Below, one piece after another: positions 34,792 through 44,601 of a stretch of DNA of 64,000 bases. Numbering within the stretch: the stretch's first letter is position 1; each line of letters starts with the position of its first letter. This DNA is from Desulfobacteraceae bacterium (GTDB lineage Bacteria; Desulfobacterota; Desulfobacteria; Desulfobacterales; ETH-SRB1), in contig JAUVHU010000002.1 of assembly GCA_030593145.1 (NCBI GenBank), positions 8,238-72,237 on the forward strand. Direction: 5' to 3'. The translations under genes and the position numbers were made by a program. The notes beneath the pieces were generated by a model. The model made no database searches. It was not told where the DNA came from and saw only the letters and a list, made by a program, of their open reading frames with translations.

Positions 34792-36340
34792 TTAAATATT
34801 TCTTTCTCATTTTAGGTTTTTCAATTTTTCCGGTGGGACTTCTCGGAACATCATCGAAAAAGATTTTTCTTGGCCTTTTATACCTTGGAAGCTCTTCACA
34901 AAACTCCGCAACCTCTTCTTCGGTCATATTAAATGAGGACTTTACCTTTATCACTGCCGCGACAATTTCTCCGAGACGATCATCAGCTACTCCTATAACT
35001 CCAACATCATGAATCTTATCATTGCCCATGATAAAATTTTCTATTTCAACAGGAAATATATTTTCTCCTCCTGTTATGATAATATCTTTTTTCCGGTCAA
35101 CAAGCCATATAAACCCATCATCATCCATACGAGCAATATCACCTGTAAGCAGCCAGCCATCAACAATGGTTTTTTCTGTTGCCTCGGAATTCTTGTAATA
35201 TTCCTTCATAACACCGTCACCCCTTATTAAAAGCTCGCCGGTCTCACAGGGGGACAAAGGTTTCATGCTGCTGTCAATAATTCTGCATTCCCAGCCAAAC
35301 CCCGGAAGACCGATTGCGCCGACCTTATGAATATTCTCAATTCCAAGATGTACGCAGCCAGGGCCTGTAGCCTCTGTCAGACCGTAGTTTGTATCGTAAT
35401 CATGATTGGGAAAAATCTCTTTCCATTTATTAATAAGGCTCGGAGGAACCGGCTGGGCGCCTATGTGCATAAGTCGCCACTGCTCAAGATTATAGTCGCC
35501 GAGATTAATATCATTGTCTTCAATAGCAACGAGTATATCATGTGCCCAGGGAACAAGAAGCCATACAATAGAGACCTTTTCTTCGGAAACCGCTTCCAGT
35601 ATCCATTTAGGACTTACCCCTTTCAGAATAACCGTCTTTGCGCCGACAATAAAATTGCCGAACCAGTGCATTTTTGCTCCTGTATGATAAAGCGGAGGTA
35701 TGCACAAAAAGTTATCTTCATGTGTCTGTTTGTGGTGATTGTTTTCAACAAGACAGGCAAACTCAAGGTTGCGATGGGTCAAAAGCACAGGTTTCGGAGT
35801 GCCGGTAGTACCGGATGTAAAATATAATGCAGCTCCATCAGACAGATCCAGCTCTACTTTCGGATCTGCTGTAGAGCTTGAGGATATAACTTTATCATAG
35901 TGCTGCGCATAATCGGGACATGTTTCATCATGTCCCGCAAAAATATATATTGCAATGGTTTTGCTTAAAAAAGCTTTGATCGGATCTATCCTGTCAATAA
36001 ATTCTTCCCCAAAGATAATGGCCTTTGCTTCCGCAACCTCGACACACATCCTGATATCATCAGCTAAAAATCTGAAATTTAAAGGAACAACCCATGCGCC
36101 GGAACGAAGTATGCCGAAATAGACTGGGAGCCATTCTATGCAGTTCATCATAAGCTGGACAACCTTATCCCCCTTTTTAACCCCTTTGGAAATAAGGGCA
36201 TTGGCAATGCAGTTGGCCTGGCTGTTAAATTCATCCCATGTTATTTCCCTGCGTATATTCCTTGCAGGATCTCTTTCAACAAAAGCAACTTCCTGGCCGT
36301 AAGTCCCGGCGTTTTTGTCTAACATCTCAGTTATAAGCAT
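34781..36340 (-). CDS. AMP-dependent acyl-CoA synthetase/ligase
   Basis: 519 aa. Motifs: YFTSGTTGTPKPV, GWLLTGDIARMDDDGFIWLVDRKKDIIITGGENIFP, PRSPTGKI. Confidence 0.9.
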   Translation of the reverse strand: MLITEMLDKNAGTYGQEVAFVERDPARNIRREITWDEFNSQANCIANALISKGVKKGDKVVQLMMNCIEWLPVYFGILRSGAWVVPLNFRFLADDIRMCVEVAEAKAIIFGEEFIDRIDPIKAFLSKTIAIYIFAGHDETCPDYAQHYDKVISSSSTADPKVELDLSDGAALYFTSGTTGTPKPVLLTHRNLEFACLVENNHHKQTHEDNFLCIPPLYHTGAKMHWFGNFIVGAKTVILKGVSPKWILEAVSEEKVSIVWLLVPWAHDILVAIEDNDINLGDYNLEQWRLMHIGAQPVPPSLINKWKEIFPNHDYDTNYGLTEATGPGCVHLGIENIHKVGAIGLPGFGWECRIIDSSMKPLSPCETGELLIRGDGVMKEYYKNSEATEKTIVDGWLLTGDIARMDDDGFIWLVDRKKDIIITGGENIFPVEIENFIMGNDKIHDVGVIGVADDRLGEIVAAVIKVKSSFNMTEEEVAEFCEELPRYKRPRKIFFDDVPRSPTGKIEKPKMRKKYLNLK

Positions 36341-36369
36341 ATTTTCTTCCTAAAAAATCAACAAATCCT

Positions 36370-36410
36370 AAAAAAAATCCCGCGACACAGAATAATGTGC
36401 GCGGGATTTT
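36370..36410 (-). terminator. Rho-independent terminator of dnaK
   Basis: The minus strand reads aaaatcccgcgcacattattctgtgtcgcgggat followed by T8. It lies 20 nt after the dnaK stop. Confidence 0.8.
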
Positions 36411-36430
36411 AAATCAATTATTATTTCATA

Positions 36431-38353
36431 TTACTTCTTGTTCTCGTCTTTTACTTCTTCAAAATCAGCATCCACCACATCCTCGTCAGGCGCGGAAGGT
36501 TCCGGTTTTGCTTCGCTTTCAGCGCCTTCAGCCTGCTGAGCGCCCTGCGAAGCCTGTTGATACATGGCCTCCGCAAGCTTATGGGAAGACTGAGTTAATT
36601 CATCGCTGATACGTTTAATTTCTTCTATATCTTCCCCTTCGATGGCCTTCTTGAGACGCTTGGAAATCTCCTCAATCTGGCTCTTTGTTGGGTCGTCAAC
36701 CTTGTCTCCAAGGTCCTTAATAGATTTTTCGGTTGAATACATCAGAGCATCCGCTGCATTGCGGGCCTCGACTAATTCCTTTTTCTTTTTATCATCCTCT
36801 GCGTGAAGCTCCGCATCTTTTACGAGGTTCTCGATGTCTTCCTTTGACAGGCCGGAAGATGCCGTGATCTGAATTGACTGTTCCTTACCTGTAGCCATGT
36901 CCTTTGCACCGACATTTACAATGCCATTAGCGTCAATATCAAATGTCACCTCTATCTGGGGCACACCCCTTGGCGCAGGAGGTAAGCCTACAAGCTCAAA
37001 ACGACCAAGAGTCTTGTTGCCGGCAGCCATCTCACGTTCCCCTTGGAGCACGTGAATAGAAACCGCGGGTTGACTGTCTGCGGCAGTGGAAAAAACCTGG
37101 CTCTTCTTTGTCGGAATAGTTGTATTCTTTTCAATCAGTCTTGTCATTACCCCGCCAAGTGTTTCGATTCCAAGCGAAAGCGGCGTAACATCAAGGAGAA
37201 GCACATCCTTGACATCGCCTTTTAAAACCCCGCCCTGAATGGCTGCACCAATGGCTACAACTTCATCAGGATTAACACCTTTATGTGGGTCTTTGCCAAA
37301 TATTTTCTTGACCCGTTCCTGTACCGCCGGCATACGTGTCATCCCGCCCACAAGAATAATTTCATTAATATCGCCTAAACTCAGCTTTGAATCCTTAAGC
37401 GCAACACGACATGGTTTCTCTAATTTGTCCAACAAATCGCCGATAAGCGCTTCCAGTTTTGCTCTCGTTAATTTAATATTAAGATGCTTGGGGCCGCTGG
37501 CGTCGGCCGTTATGAACGGAAGGTTCACATCTGTTTCAACAGATGTTGACAGCTCCATCTTAGCCTTTTCAGCCGCCTCTTTAAGCCGTTGCAGCGCCAT
37601 CTTGTCGTTTCTTATATCAATCCCTTGGTCCTTTTTGAATTCATCCGCGAGATAATCGATAATCCGAAGGTCAAAATCCTCGCCTCCAAGATGGGTATCG
37701 CCGTTTGTTGACTTGACCTCAAAGACCCCCTCTCCAATTTCAAGGATTGACACATCAAAGGTGCCTCCGCCAAGATCAAAAACAACAACCTTTTCTTCTC
37801 CCTTTTTATCAAGACCATATGCAAGTGACGCCGCTGTCGGCTCATTTATTATCCTCAAAACATTGAGACCGGCGACTTTGCCTGCATCTTTAGTCGCCTG
37901 CCGCTGGCTGTCATTAAAATAAGCCGGCACAGTTACAACCGCATCTGTAATACTTTCTCCAAGATATTCTTCCGCTGTTTTCTTGATATTTGCCAAAATA
38001 AATGACGATACCTCTGCCGGGCTGTGAAGCTTCCCGCGAAGGTTTATGCGAATATCGCCATTGCTCGCCTGCTCAAGTTTGTAAGGAAGCACCTTGATAT
38101 CACTCTGCACTATAGGTGAAGCATATTTTCTACCGATAAGCCTTTTTACGGCAAAAACAGTGTTTTCAGGGTTTGTGATAGCCTGCCTTTTCGCGATTTG
38201 ACCAACTAATCGCTCTCCACTGTCTGTTACAGCAACTATAGAAGGAGTTGTGCGCCCCCCTTCAGGATTCGTAATTACCTTTGGATCGGCGCCTTCCATA
38301 ATAGCCACACATGAATTTGTGGTGCCGAGATCGATTCCTATTATCTTGCCCAT
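36431..38353 (-). CDS. dnaK: Molecular chaperone DnaK (Hsp70)
   Basis: 640 aa. Motifs: [30 protein letters not shown]. Acidic C-terminal tail. Confidence 0.98.
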   Translation of the reverse strand: MGKIIGIDLGTTNSCVAIMEGADPKVITNPEGGRTTPSIVAVTDSGERLVGQIAKRQAITNPENTVFAVKRLIGRKYASPIVQSDIKVLPYKLEQASNGDIRINLRGKLHSPAEVSSFILANIKKTAEEYLGESITDAVVTVPAYFNDSQRQATKDAGKVAGLNVLRIINEPTAASLAYGLDKKGEEKVVVFDLGGGTFDVSILEIGEGVFEVKSTNGDTHLGGEDFDLRIIDYLADEFKKDQGIDIRNDKMALQRLKEAAEKAKMELSTSVETDVNLPFITADASGPKHLNIKLTRAKLEALIGDLLDKLEKPCRVALKDSKLSLGDINEIILVGGMTRMPAVQERVKKIFGKDPHKGVNPDEVVAIGAAIQGGVLKGDVKDVLLLDVTPLSLGIETLGGVMTRLIEKNTTIPTKKSQVFSTAADSQPAVSIHVLQGEREMAAGNKTLGRFELVGLPPAPRGVPQIEVTFDIDANGIVNVGAKDMATGKEQSIQITASSGLSKEDIENLVKDAELHAEDDKKKKELVEARNAADALMYSTEKSIKDLGDKVDDPTKSQIEEISKRLKKAIEGEDIEEIKRISDELTQSSHKLAEAMYQQASQGAQQAEGAESEAKPEPSAPDEDVVDADFEEVKDENKK

Positions 38354-38433
38354 CTATTCTCCTCCTTAAAATATATATAATAATCGTAATATGTTAGTTT
38401 TTTCGAAAAATTTCTTTAACCCAAGCGAGCTTG

Positions 38434-39045
38434 TTATTTTTTTTCATCACCGCTTTTTACTTTTGACGTAGAAACTACAACCATGGCCGGTCTTATCAAC
38501 CTGTCATGCATCATATATCCCTTTTGTATCTCATTTATTACAGTATTCTCAGGATGACCATCTGTCTGTTCCTGCATGACAGCCTGATGAAAAGTAGGAT
38601 CAAAAGGCTTTCCCAAAGACTCAACCGGCTTTACACTGAACTTTTCAAAAATGTTCAATATCTCTTTCAGGGTCATATCAACCCCTTCCACTAAACCTGT
38701 ATCAGCCTGTTTATTGTTTCGCGACGAATCCAGCGCCCGCTCAAGATTATCCGCAACAGAGAGAATCTCTTTTATCAACGATTCATTTGCATACTTCCTG
38801 AATTCATTTATTTCACGCTCAGATCGTTTTTTGTAGTTCTCGAATTCAGCAGAAAGCCTTAAAAAACGGTCATAGTTTTCCTTTGCCTCCTGCTCTGCCG
38901 TCTCAATTCTTGCCTCCATCTCCTTTATCGGATCAACAGGCTCTGTTTTAGCCTCTTTACCAATATCGGCTCTTTTTTTTTCTTTGTCCTTTATATCAAC
39001 CTCACCGGTTTCAACACTTCTTTTTACTTTCTTTTTATCTGACAT
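38434..39045 (-). CDS. grpE: Nucleotide exchange factor GrpE
   Basis: 203 aa. YDRFLRLSAEFENYKKR coiled-coil motif. The C-terminus has GYMMHDRLIRPAMVVV. It lies directly upstream of dnaK. Confidence 0.95.
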   Translation of the reverse strand: MSDKKKVKRSVETGEVDIKDKEKKRADIGKEAKTEPVDPIKEMEARIETAEQEAKENYDRFLRLSAEFENYKKRSEREINEFRKYANESLIKEILSVADNLERALDSSRNNKQADTGLVEGVDMTLKEILNIFEKFSVKPVESLGKPFDPTFHQAVMQEQTDGHPENTVINEIQKGYMMHDRLIRPAMVVVSTSKVKSGDEKK

Positions 39046-39193
39046 AAGTTAAAATATTCCCCCAATCCATACTGGTAGATATTTTGGGCAGTTTATAACT
39101 GTGCAAAATATAACAACAATCAATAATGAATAAAAATAATACTGTTTGGAGTAATGTCAAGGCAACAATCAGGGATGAGAAATGCTGAATATT

Positions 39194-39302
39194 AGAGACC
39201 TTTGAGAAATACCCAATTTTGTTTCAAGTTCAAGGAAGGCGGATTAACCGAAGAAACCCCGCCGTGGCGGAAGGCAAAAGGGGATGTTTTTCAAGGGTCT
39301 CT
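39194..39302 (+). repeat. Family B repeat, copy 1 (GGCGGATTAACC-containing, hairpin-ended)
   Basis: Ends agagacctttgagaaa ... tttttcaagggtctct are inverted repeats. The interior gagaaatacccaattttgtttcaagttcaaggaaggcggattaaccg matches the reverse complement of 51470-51535. Confidence 0.8.
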
Positions 39303-39359
39303 ATTAAGAATGGTTGTGCACCCACTATCGAATCTTTTCCTTAGAACATATAAGCCATA

Positions 39360-39470
39360 AAATTGATCGGAATCAATCCACGACACAGACCGCATCACTT
39401 ATCGCTGCTTCCTCCCGGACCTGACGAGGTTCATGACCGTCTGTTGCGCGGCGGCCGATCGGAATGACTT
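39360..39470 (-). ncRNA. ffs: Signal recognition particle RNA (small 4.5S type)
   Basis: The minus strand reads ...gatcggccgccgcgcaacagacggtcatgaacctcGTCAGGTCCGGGAGGAAGCAGCgataagtgatgcggtctgtgtcgtggattgattccgatc. The capitalised block (39404-39425) matches the conserved domain IV of E. coli 4.5S RNA (GUCAGGUCCGGAAGGAAGCAGC, recalled from memory) and has a GGGA tetraloop. The 5' gatcgg and acagac pair with the 3' ccgatc and gtctgt. The ends are approximate. Confidence 0.7.
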
Positions 39471-39744
39471 AATGCTTTCAGGATTAAAAACCCTTTAGAG
39501 GGAATTCAGCCCCGCATAAAGCGGATTTCGGGTAAAAGGGCACCGCTAACTCCCCACCTAGCACAACCGTTTTTATAATATAATTCTTCAAATCAATTTA
39601 TCAAGCAAAAAACTTCACATTCTGCCAATAGAATTGGCTCCTTTATATATTCCACAATATAGGCTGTTGTTTCTATCCCAAGACGCAACATTTAGTGTTT
39701 TTTATTGACATATAAACATCTCTATCATAATTTGCATAAAAAAA

Positions 39745-39850
39745 GAAACTTTTGAAAAATGTTTCCCGCTAAAAGCGGGACTCAAGCCCAAAGGGTTTCA
39801 GGTCCAGAGGGGAAAGCAATCCGCCTCAGACGGATTAACCGGAGGAATGC
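39745..39850 (+). repeat. Family B repeat, copy 2
   Basis: cttttgaaaaat ... tccgcctcagacggattaaccggaggaat parallels the reverse complement of 51461-51530 (cctttgaaaaat ... tccgcctcaggcggattaaccgcaggaat). Confidence 0.8.
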
Positions 39851-39851
39851 A

Positions 39852-40277
39852 TTGAGAATTATTAATTTTAAATATAGAAAGATACCTGGATTTTTAGTCC
39901 TTTTATTATTATCATGCTATTCAGTAACTGCCGGATGCACTGCCTTTGTGGCCGGAGCCGGAGCCGGCACCGGAGCCGGAGTTTATACCTATAAGTGCGG
40001 AGAGCTGAAGAGGTCATACCAGGCATCATTTGACAAAACAATTTTTGCATGCAACACCGCCTTAAAAAGCTTGAACATAACAATAAAGGAAAAAACTCCC
40101 AACGGCATACAAACCAGAATCAAAGGCAAATGTGCTGATAAAATATCTGTTACTATCAAAATTAAAATGATAGCTCCCAATATTACCGAAATCTCCATCC
40201 GTTCCGGCATAATCGGATTATGGGACAAAAAAAGATCCGGATCGATTCATGCCAGCATCGCTCAAAAGCTACAATAA
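39852..40277 (+). CDS. Small lipoprotein (DUF3568-like)
   Basis: I prefer the TTG at 39852, which is 5 nt after ggagga. This gives M-RIINFKYRKIPGFLVLLLLSCYSVTAG-C, a classic lipoprotein signal. The tracked 31-codon extension lies inside repeat family B. The mature part (GAGAGTGAGVYTYKCGELKRSY...ISIRSGIIGLWD) resembles DUF3568. Confidence 0.55.
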   Translation: MRIINFKYRKIPGFLVLLLLSCYSVTAGCTAFVAGAGAGTGAGVYTYKCGELKRSYQASFDKTIFACNTALKSLNITIKEKTPNGIQTRIKGKCADKISVTIKIKMIAPNITEISIRSGIIGLWDKKRSGSIHASIAQKLQ

Positions 40278-41730
40278 ATTATTACACAATGTTGAACAGA
40301 CCATTAAAAAGCACGGGATGTTTCAACAGGGTGATTCTGTCCTTGTCTGTGTATCAGGAGGATCTGATTCTGTAGCTCTTTTGCATATTTTACACAAACT
40401 GACATCAGAGTTCTCTTTACGGCTTGGTGTCGCCCATCTGAATCACGGCCTCCGTCAAAAAGATTCGGATAATGACGCCGAATTCGTTGCATCCATTGCA
40501 AGGGATCTTAACTTGCCGTACTATACCAGCAAAGAAGATGTTCTTAAATTTCAGCGCAAACATAAACTGTCTATGGAAGAAGCTGCCAGGCGCGTTCGTT
40601 ATGCCTTTTACGACGAAGTTGCGAAAAAAAACAGGTTCAACAAAATAGCTCTTGGCCACAATTCCAATGATAACGCGGAACTTATATTGATGTATCTGTT
40701 TCGAGGCAGCGGTCCTCTCGGTATCTCAGGAATACCCCCTGTAAGAAACACCGGAAATCAGGCTGTACAGATTGTTCGGCCCCTGATAATGGCAACAAAA
40801 TCCGAAATATCCGGTTTTTTGGAGGAAAAAGGATTAAAACATGTCTTTGATATATCAAATCTGGATACAAAGTATTTTCGTAATAGAATACGTCATCATT
40901 TAATCCCTTCCTTAAAAGAATCTTACAATCCGGGAATAATAAAAACACTTAACCGGCTTGCTTCAATTATTAGAGTTGAAGAGGAATGGATTGAAGAAAT
41001 AATAGAGCCTGTCTTCAAAAAGACGGTTTTAGATATAAAAAATGATAAAATCACACTTTCTGTCCCAATAATTAACAAAATACATATCGCTGCCCGCAGA
41101 AGGATAATTAGAAAGGCTGTTGCGACAATAAAAGGTGATTTAAGACGTATAACATTTGCCCATATCGATTCCATAGTCACCCTTATGGAAAGCAAATCAA
41201 TTTGTAATTGTCTTGATCTGCCTGATCGTATCAGGATTGAGCGAAAGAGGGATGTTCTTTTCTTATCTAAAGAAAAAAAGAGGTTACGTGACTTAAATAT
41301 CAAGTCCGGAAAAACTAAAGAGGTTTCTTTTGAATACAGCATCTTAAAACCAGAAAGCAAATCTGAATTAATATTTGTCAAAGAGATTGGTCTACATGTT
41401 AAATTTACTAAAATCGATACTGATCACCCGCCTGACACCTGTCGCGCTGAACATAATGTAGCTTTTTTTGATATGGACACTTTAAGTTTCCCTCTGGTTC
41501 TAAGAAGTTTTCAACCTGGAGACCGTTTTAACCCTCTTGGCATGAATGGTTCGCAAAAGGTAAAAAAATTTCTCATAAACAACAAGATCCCAAAGCCGGA
41601 ACGCTTCAGATATCCCATCCTGCTTAGCAAAGGAAAAATTATCTGGGTTATCGGTCTTAGAATAGCTGACTTTGTTAAAGTAAAACCTTCAACCGGAATT
41701 ATACTTAAAACCGAACTTTCTCTTGCTTAA
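40249..41730 (+). CDS. tilS: tRNA(Ile)-lysidine synthase
   Basis: 493 aa. PP-loop motif VCVSGGSDSVALLHIL. The C-terminal substrate-binding region has FQPGDRFNPLGMNGSQKVKKFLI. Confidence 0.9.
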   Translation: MPASLKSYNKLLHNVEQTIKKHGMFQQGDSVLVCVSGGSDSVALLHILHKLTSEFSLRLGVAHLNHGLRQKDSDNDAEFVASIARDLNLPYYTSKEDVLKFQRKHKLSMEEAARRVRYAFYDEVAKKNRFNKIALGHNSNDNAELILMYLFRGSGPLGISGIPPVRNTGNQAVQIVRPLIMATKSEISGFLEEKGLKHVFDISNLDTKYFRNRIRHHLIPSLKESYNPGIIKTLNRLASIIRVEEEWIEEIIEPVFKKTVLDIKNDKITLSVPIINKIHIAARRRIIRKAVATIKGDLRRITFAHIDSIVTLMESKSICNCLDLPDRIRIERKRDVLFLSKEKKRLRDLNIKSGKTKEVSFEYSILKPESKSELIFVKEIGLHVKFTKIDTDHPPDTCRAEHNVAFFDMDTLSFPLVLRSFQPGDRFNPLGMNGSQKVKKFLINNKIPKPERFRYPILLSKGKIIWVIGLRIADFVKVKPSTGIILKTELSLA

Positions 41731-41807
41731 TCAACTATAATGATTAATTTATTTTAGTTAGAATAAACCGGAACCAAAAACTTCGATTTTCAGGAGGGAA
41801 ATATCTT

Positions 41808-43643
41808 TTGAACCCATTTTATAAAAATCTTGCTTTATGGCTCGTCATCACACTGATGATGGTTATGCTTTATAACCTTTTCAATCAACAGCACCAGCCT
41901 GAAACAGACATAGGTTACACTGAATTTCTTGCCATGGTTGATAGCGAACGTATAGCCAAAGTAGTTATTCAGGGCCAGGAACTCTTTGTCACCGATATAA
42001 ATCGCAATCGCTTTAAGGTGTTTGCGCCCCAGGACACCGATCTCATTAAGATACTCAGACAAAAGGATGTAGCCATTAATGCAAAACCGCCGGCCGGGTC
42101 GCCCTGGTATATATCTATCCTTGTTTCATGGCTCCCGATGATCGTGCTGATCGGAATATGGATATTTTTTATGAAACAAATGCAGGCAGGCGGCGGTAAG
42201 GCTCTCTCTTTCGGTAAGAGCCGCGCCCGTCTGCAATCTGACTCGTCAGCTAAAGTTACATTTGACGATGTTGCCGGAATAGATGAAGCAAAAGAAGAGC
42301 TTGGCGAAATTATTGAATTTCTAAAAGAACCAAAAAAGTTCACACGTCTTGGAGGACGCATACCCAAAGGGGTCCTTTTGATGGGACCGCCAGGCACAGG
42401 TAAAACCCTTCTTGCGCGCGCAATTGCAGGTGAAGCCGATGTTCCTTTCTTTAGTATCAGCGGTTCAGATTTTGTAGAGATGTTTGTTGGGGTTGGCGCA
42501 TCCCGTGTAAGAGATCTTTTTGCCCAGGGGAAAAAGAACGCTCCGTGTATTATATTTATTGATGAACTCGATGCTGTCGGAAGACACAGGGGAGCAGGTC
42601 TTGGAGGAGGACATGATGAACGGGAACAAACTTTAAACCAGCTTCTGGTCGAAATGGACGGATTTGAATCAAATGAAGGGGTTATTATGATATCTGCCAC
42701 AAACCGGCCGGACGTGCTTGACCCCGCTCTTCTTCGTCCCGGGCGCTTTGATCGCCAGGTAGTTGTTTCGCTGCCCGATATCAAGGGACGTGAAGAAATC
42801 CTAAAGGTTCACATGAAAAAAACTCCTATAGCGCCTGATGTTGATTCCCTTGTTCTTGCAAAGGGAACACCTGGATTCTCCGGCGCAGATCTTGAAAACC
42901 TTGTTAACGAAGGAGCCCTCCTTGCCGCTAAAAGGAATAAAGAAAAAGTTGATATGTCTGATCTGGAAGACGCAAAAGATAAGGTTTACATGGGGCTTGA
43001 ACGCAAATCAAAAGTAGTAAAAGATGAAGATAGAAAAATCACGGCGTATCACGAGGGCGGACACGCCCTTGTGGCGCGTCTTTTGCCGAACACAGACCAG
43101 GTTAACAAGATAACTATTATCCCAAGGGGACGCGCGGCAGGCATTACATGGTTTCTGCCTGAAGAAAGAGATTTCAAATTTAAAGACCAGCTTGAAAACG
43201 AACTGTCGGTAGCATTTGGAGGGCGAGTAGCTGAAGAACTTGTCTTCAATCGTATCACCACCGGCGCTTCCAACGATATTAAACAGGCAACCAACATTGC
43301 CCAGAAGATGATACGCTCATGGGGCATGAGCGAAGCACTTGGCCCGCTTTCTTACGCTAAAGATGAAGAACAAATTTTTCTCGGCAGGGAAATATCTCAG
43401 CATAGAGACTACTCTGAAGAAACCGCGAAAAAAATTGACGAAGAAGTTACTAAGTTAATCAAAAAATGTTATAATCAGGCTAAAAACACTCTAAATGAAA
43501 ACATAGACATTCTTCACCAATTAGCGGAACTTCTGCTCGAAAAAGAAACTGTCAAGGGTGATGAGCTTGATAATCTTATTCTCTCCATGAAACCTGGTTT
43601 TGAGCTGCCGTCAAAAAAAGGTAAAGATAAAACTGAAAGCTGA
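41808..43643 (+). CDS. ftsH: ATP-dependent zinc metalloprotease FtsH
   Basis: TTG start after aggaggg. Two N-terminal TM segments. Walker A GPPGTGKT, Walker B IIFIDELD, second region of homology, zinc motif HEGGHA. Confidence 0.97.
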   Translation: MNPFYKNLALWLVITLMMVMLYNLFNQQHQPETDIGYTEFLAMVDSERIAKVVIQGQELFVTDINRNRFKVFAPQDTDLIKILRQKDVAINAKPPAGSPWYISILVSWLPMIVLIGIWIFFMKQMQAGGGKALSFGKSRARLQSDSSAKVTFDDVAGIDEAKEELGEIIEFLKEPKKFTRLGGRIPKGVLLMGPPGTGKTLLARAIAGEADVPFFSISGSDFVEMFVGVGASRVRDLFAQGKKNAPCIIFIDELDAVGRHRGAGLGGGHDEREQTLNQLLVEMDGFESNEGVIMISATNRPDVLDPALLRPGRFDRQVVVSLPDIKGREEILKVHMKKTPIAPDVDSLVLAKGTPGFSGADLENLVNEGALLAAKRNKEKVDMSDLEDAKDKVYMGLERKSKVVKDEDRKITAYHEGGHALVARLLPNTDQVNKITIIPRGRAAGITWFLPEERDFKFKDQLENELSVAFGGRVAEELVFNRITTGASNDIKQATNIAQKMIRSWGMSEALGPLSYAKDEEQIFLGREISQHRDYSEETAKKIDEEVTKLIKKCYNQAKNTLNENIDILHQLAELLLEKETVKGDELDNLILSMKPGFELPSKKGKDKTES

Positions 43644-43653
43644 AGGCGCAACG

Positions 43654-44514
43654 ATGTATAATATTTTATGCGGCGCTTACACCCTTAGATTAGGCGCCCG
43701 CACAAATATTATGGGTATTTTGAATGTAACTCCTGATTCATTTTCAGACGGAGGAAAGTTTTTTACCCTTGATGCGGCAATAGCTCACGGCCAAAAACTT
43801 GCTGAAGACGGAGCTGATATTATTGACATTGGCGGCGAATCAACAAAGCCATTTTCTGACACGGTTTCCGCTGAAGAGGAAACCCGGCGCGTTGTGCCGG
43901 TAATTGAAAAGCTCGCCAGGCAGATTTCAATACCTATTTCCATTGACACCACAAAGGCCTGTGTAGCCAAACGCGCTGTTGAAGCCGGAGCTTCCATTAT
44001 AAATGATATTAGCGCGCTGCAAATTGATAATGAGATAGCAGGTGTTGCCATAAAATACTGCGTGCCGGTGATTTTGATGCACATGAAGGGAACCCCGAAA
44101 ACCATGCAGGTTTCACCGGTTTATGATGATATCATCAAAGAAATAAAAGCATTTCTCAAAAACAGAATCGATTTTGCTGAAAAGAACGGGATTCCAAGAT
44201 CTCAAATCATCATCGATCCAGGAATCGGTTTTGGCAAAACAGTTGAGCATAATCTTCTGCTAATTAAGCATCTGAGTGAATTTAAAACCCTTAATGCTCC
44301 AATACTGGCAGGGCCTTCAAGAAAAGCATTTATACGAAACACTCTTAAAAACCTTTCCGGCAACGACATTAAATCTGATATGCCCATAACGGAAACAGGC
44401 ACCCAGGCCGCGGTTGCGGCCGCGGCTTTACACGGCGCCAACATCGTAAGGGTCCACGACGTTGCCGGCACACGCGCTACCTTAAAAATTATTGATGCAA
44501 TAAAAAATGCATAA
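43654..44514 (+). CDS. folP: Dihydropteroate synthase
   Basis: From the ATG at 43654: MYNIL...IMGILNVTPDSFSDGG, DIIDIGGESTKP, IISIDT-like ISIDTTK, DPGIGFGK. Confidence 0.93.
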   Translation: MYNILCGAYTLRLGARTNIMGILNVTPDSFSDGGKFFTLDAAIAHGQKLAEDGADIIDIGGESTKPFSDTVSAEEETRRVVPVIEKLARQISIPISIDTTKACVAKRAVEAGASIINDISALQIDNEIAGVAIKYCVPVILMHMKGTPKTMQVSPVYDDIIKEIKAFLKNRIDFAEKNGIPRSQIIIDPGIGFGKTVEHNLLLIKHLSEFKTLNAPILAGPSRKAFIRNTLKNLSGNDIKSDMPITETGTQAAVAAAALHGANIVRVHDVAGTRATLKIIDAIKNA

Positions 44515-44557
44515 TACAAACCTCGTTAATTTTTTCGGAAAAATTTGCGAAGCGATT

Positions 44558-44592
44558 AACCGTGAACCGTGAACGTTGAACCGCTTAACCCA
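44558..44592. repeat. 35-bp exact inverted copy of 34590-34624 (GTTCACGG word arm)
   Basis: aaccgtgaaccgtgaacgttgaaccgcttaaccca is the exact reverse complement of tgggttaagcggttcaacgttcacggttcacggtt. I checked this base by base, and the flanking bases differ on both sides. Confidence 0.95.
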
Positions 44593-44601
44593 AGTAATAA
44601 T

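Noticed and set aside
39046-39200. Expected CIRCE operator or hrcA upstream of grpE-dnaK, and dnaJ downstream.
   Set aside because: No TTAGCACTC-N9-GAGTGCTAA-like inverted repeat is visible. No hrcA or dnaJ ORF is present. The flanks hold repeats, the SRP RNA and an acyl-CoA ligase. No claim is made about heat-shock regulation.
41969-42784. Long antisense or alternative-frame ORFs inside real genes. Examples: 271 aa opposite ftsH, 210 aa opposite the protease (19477-20109), 181 aa at 10003-10548, 169 aa at 56098-56607, 201 aa at 47954-48559, and many 60-140 aa ORFs inside the cytochrome genes.
   Set aside because: They overlap strongly supported genes and have Ser/Leu/Arg-rich shadow-frame composition. 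They show no recognisable motifs and no start context.
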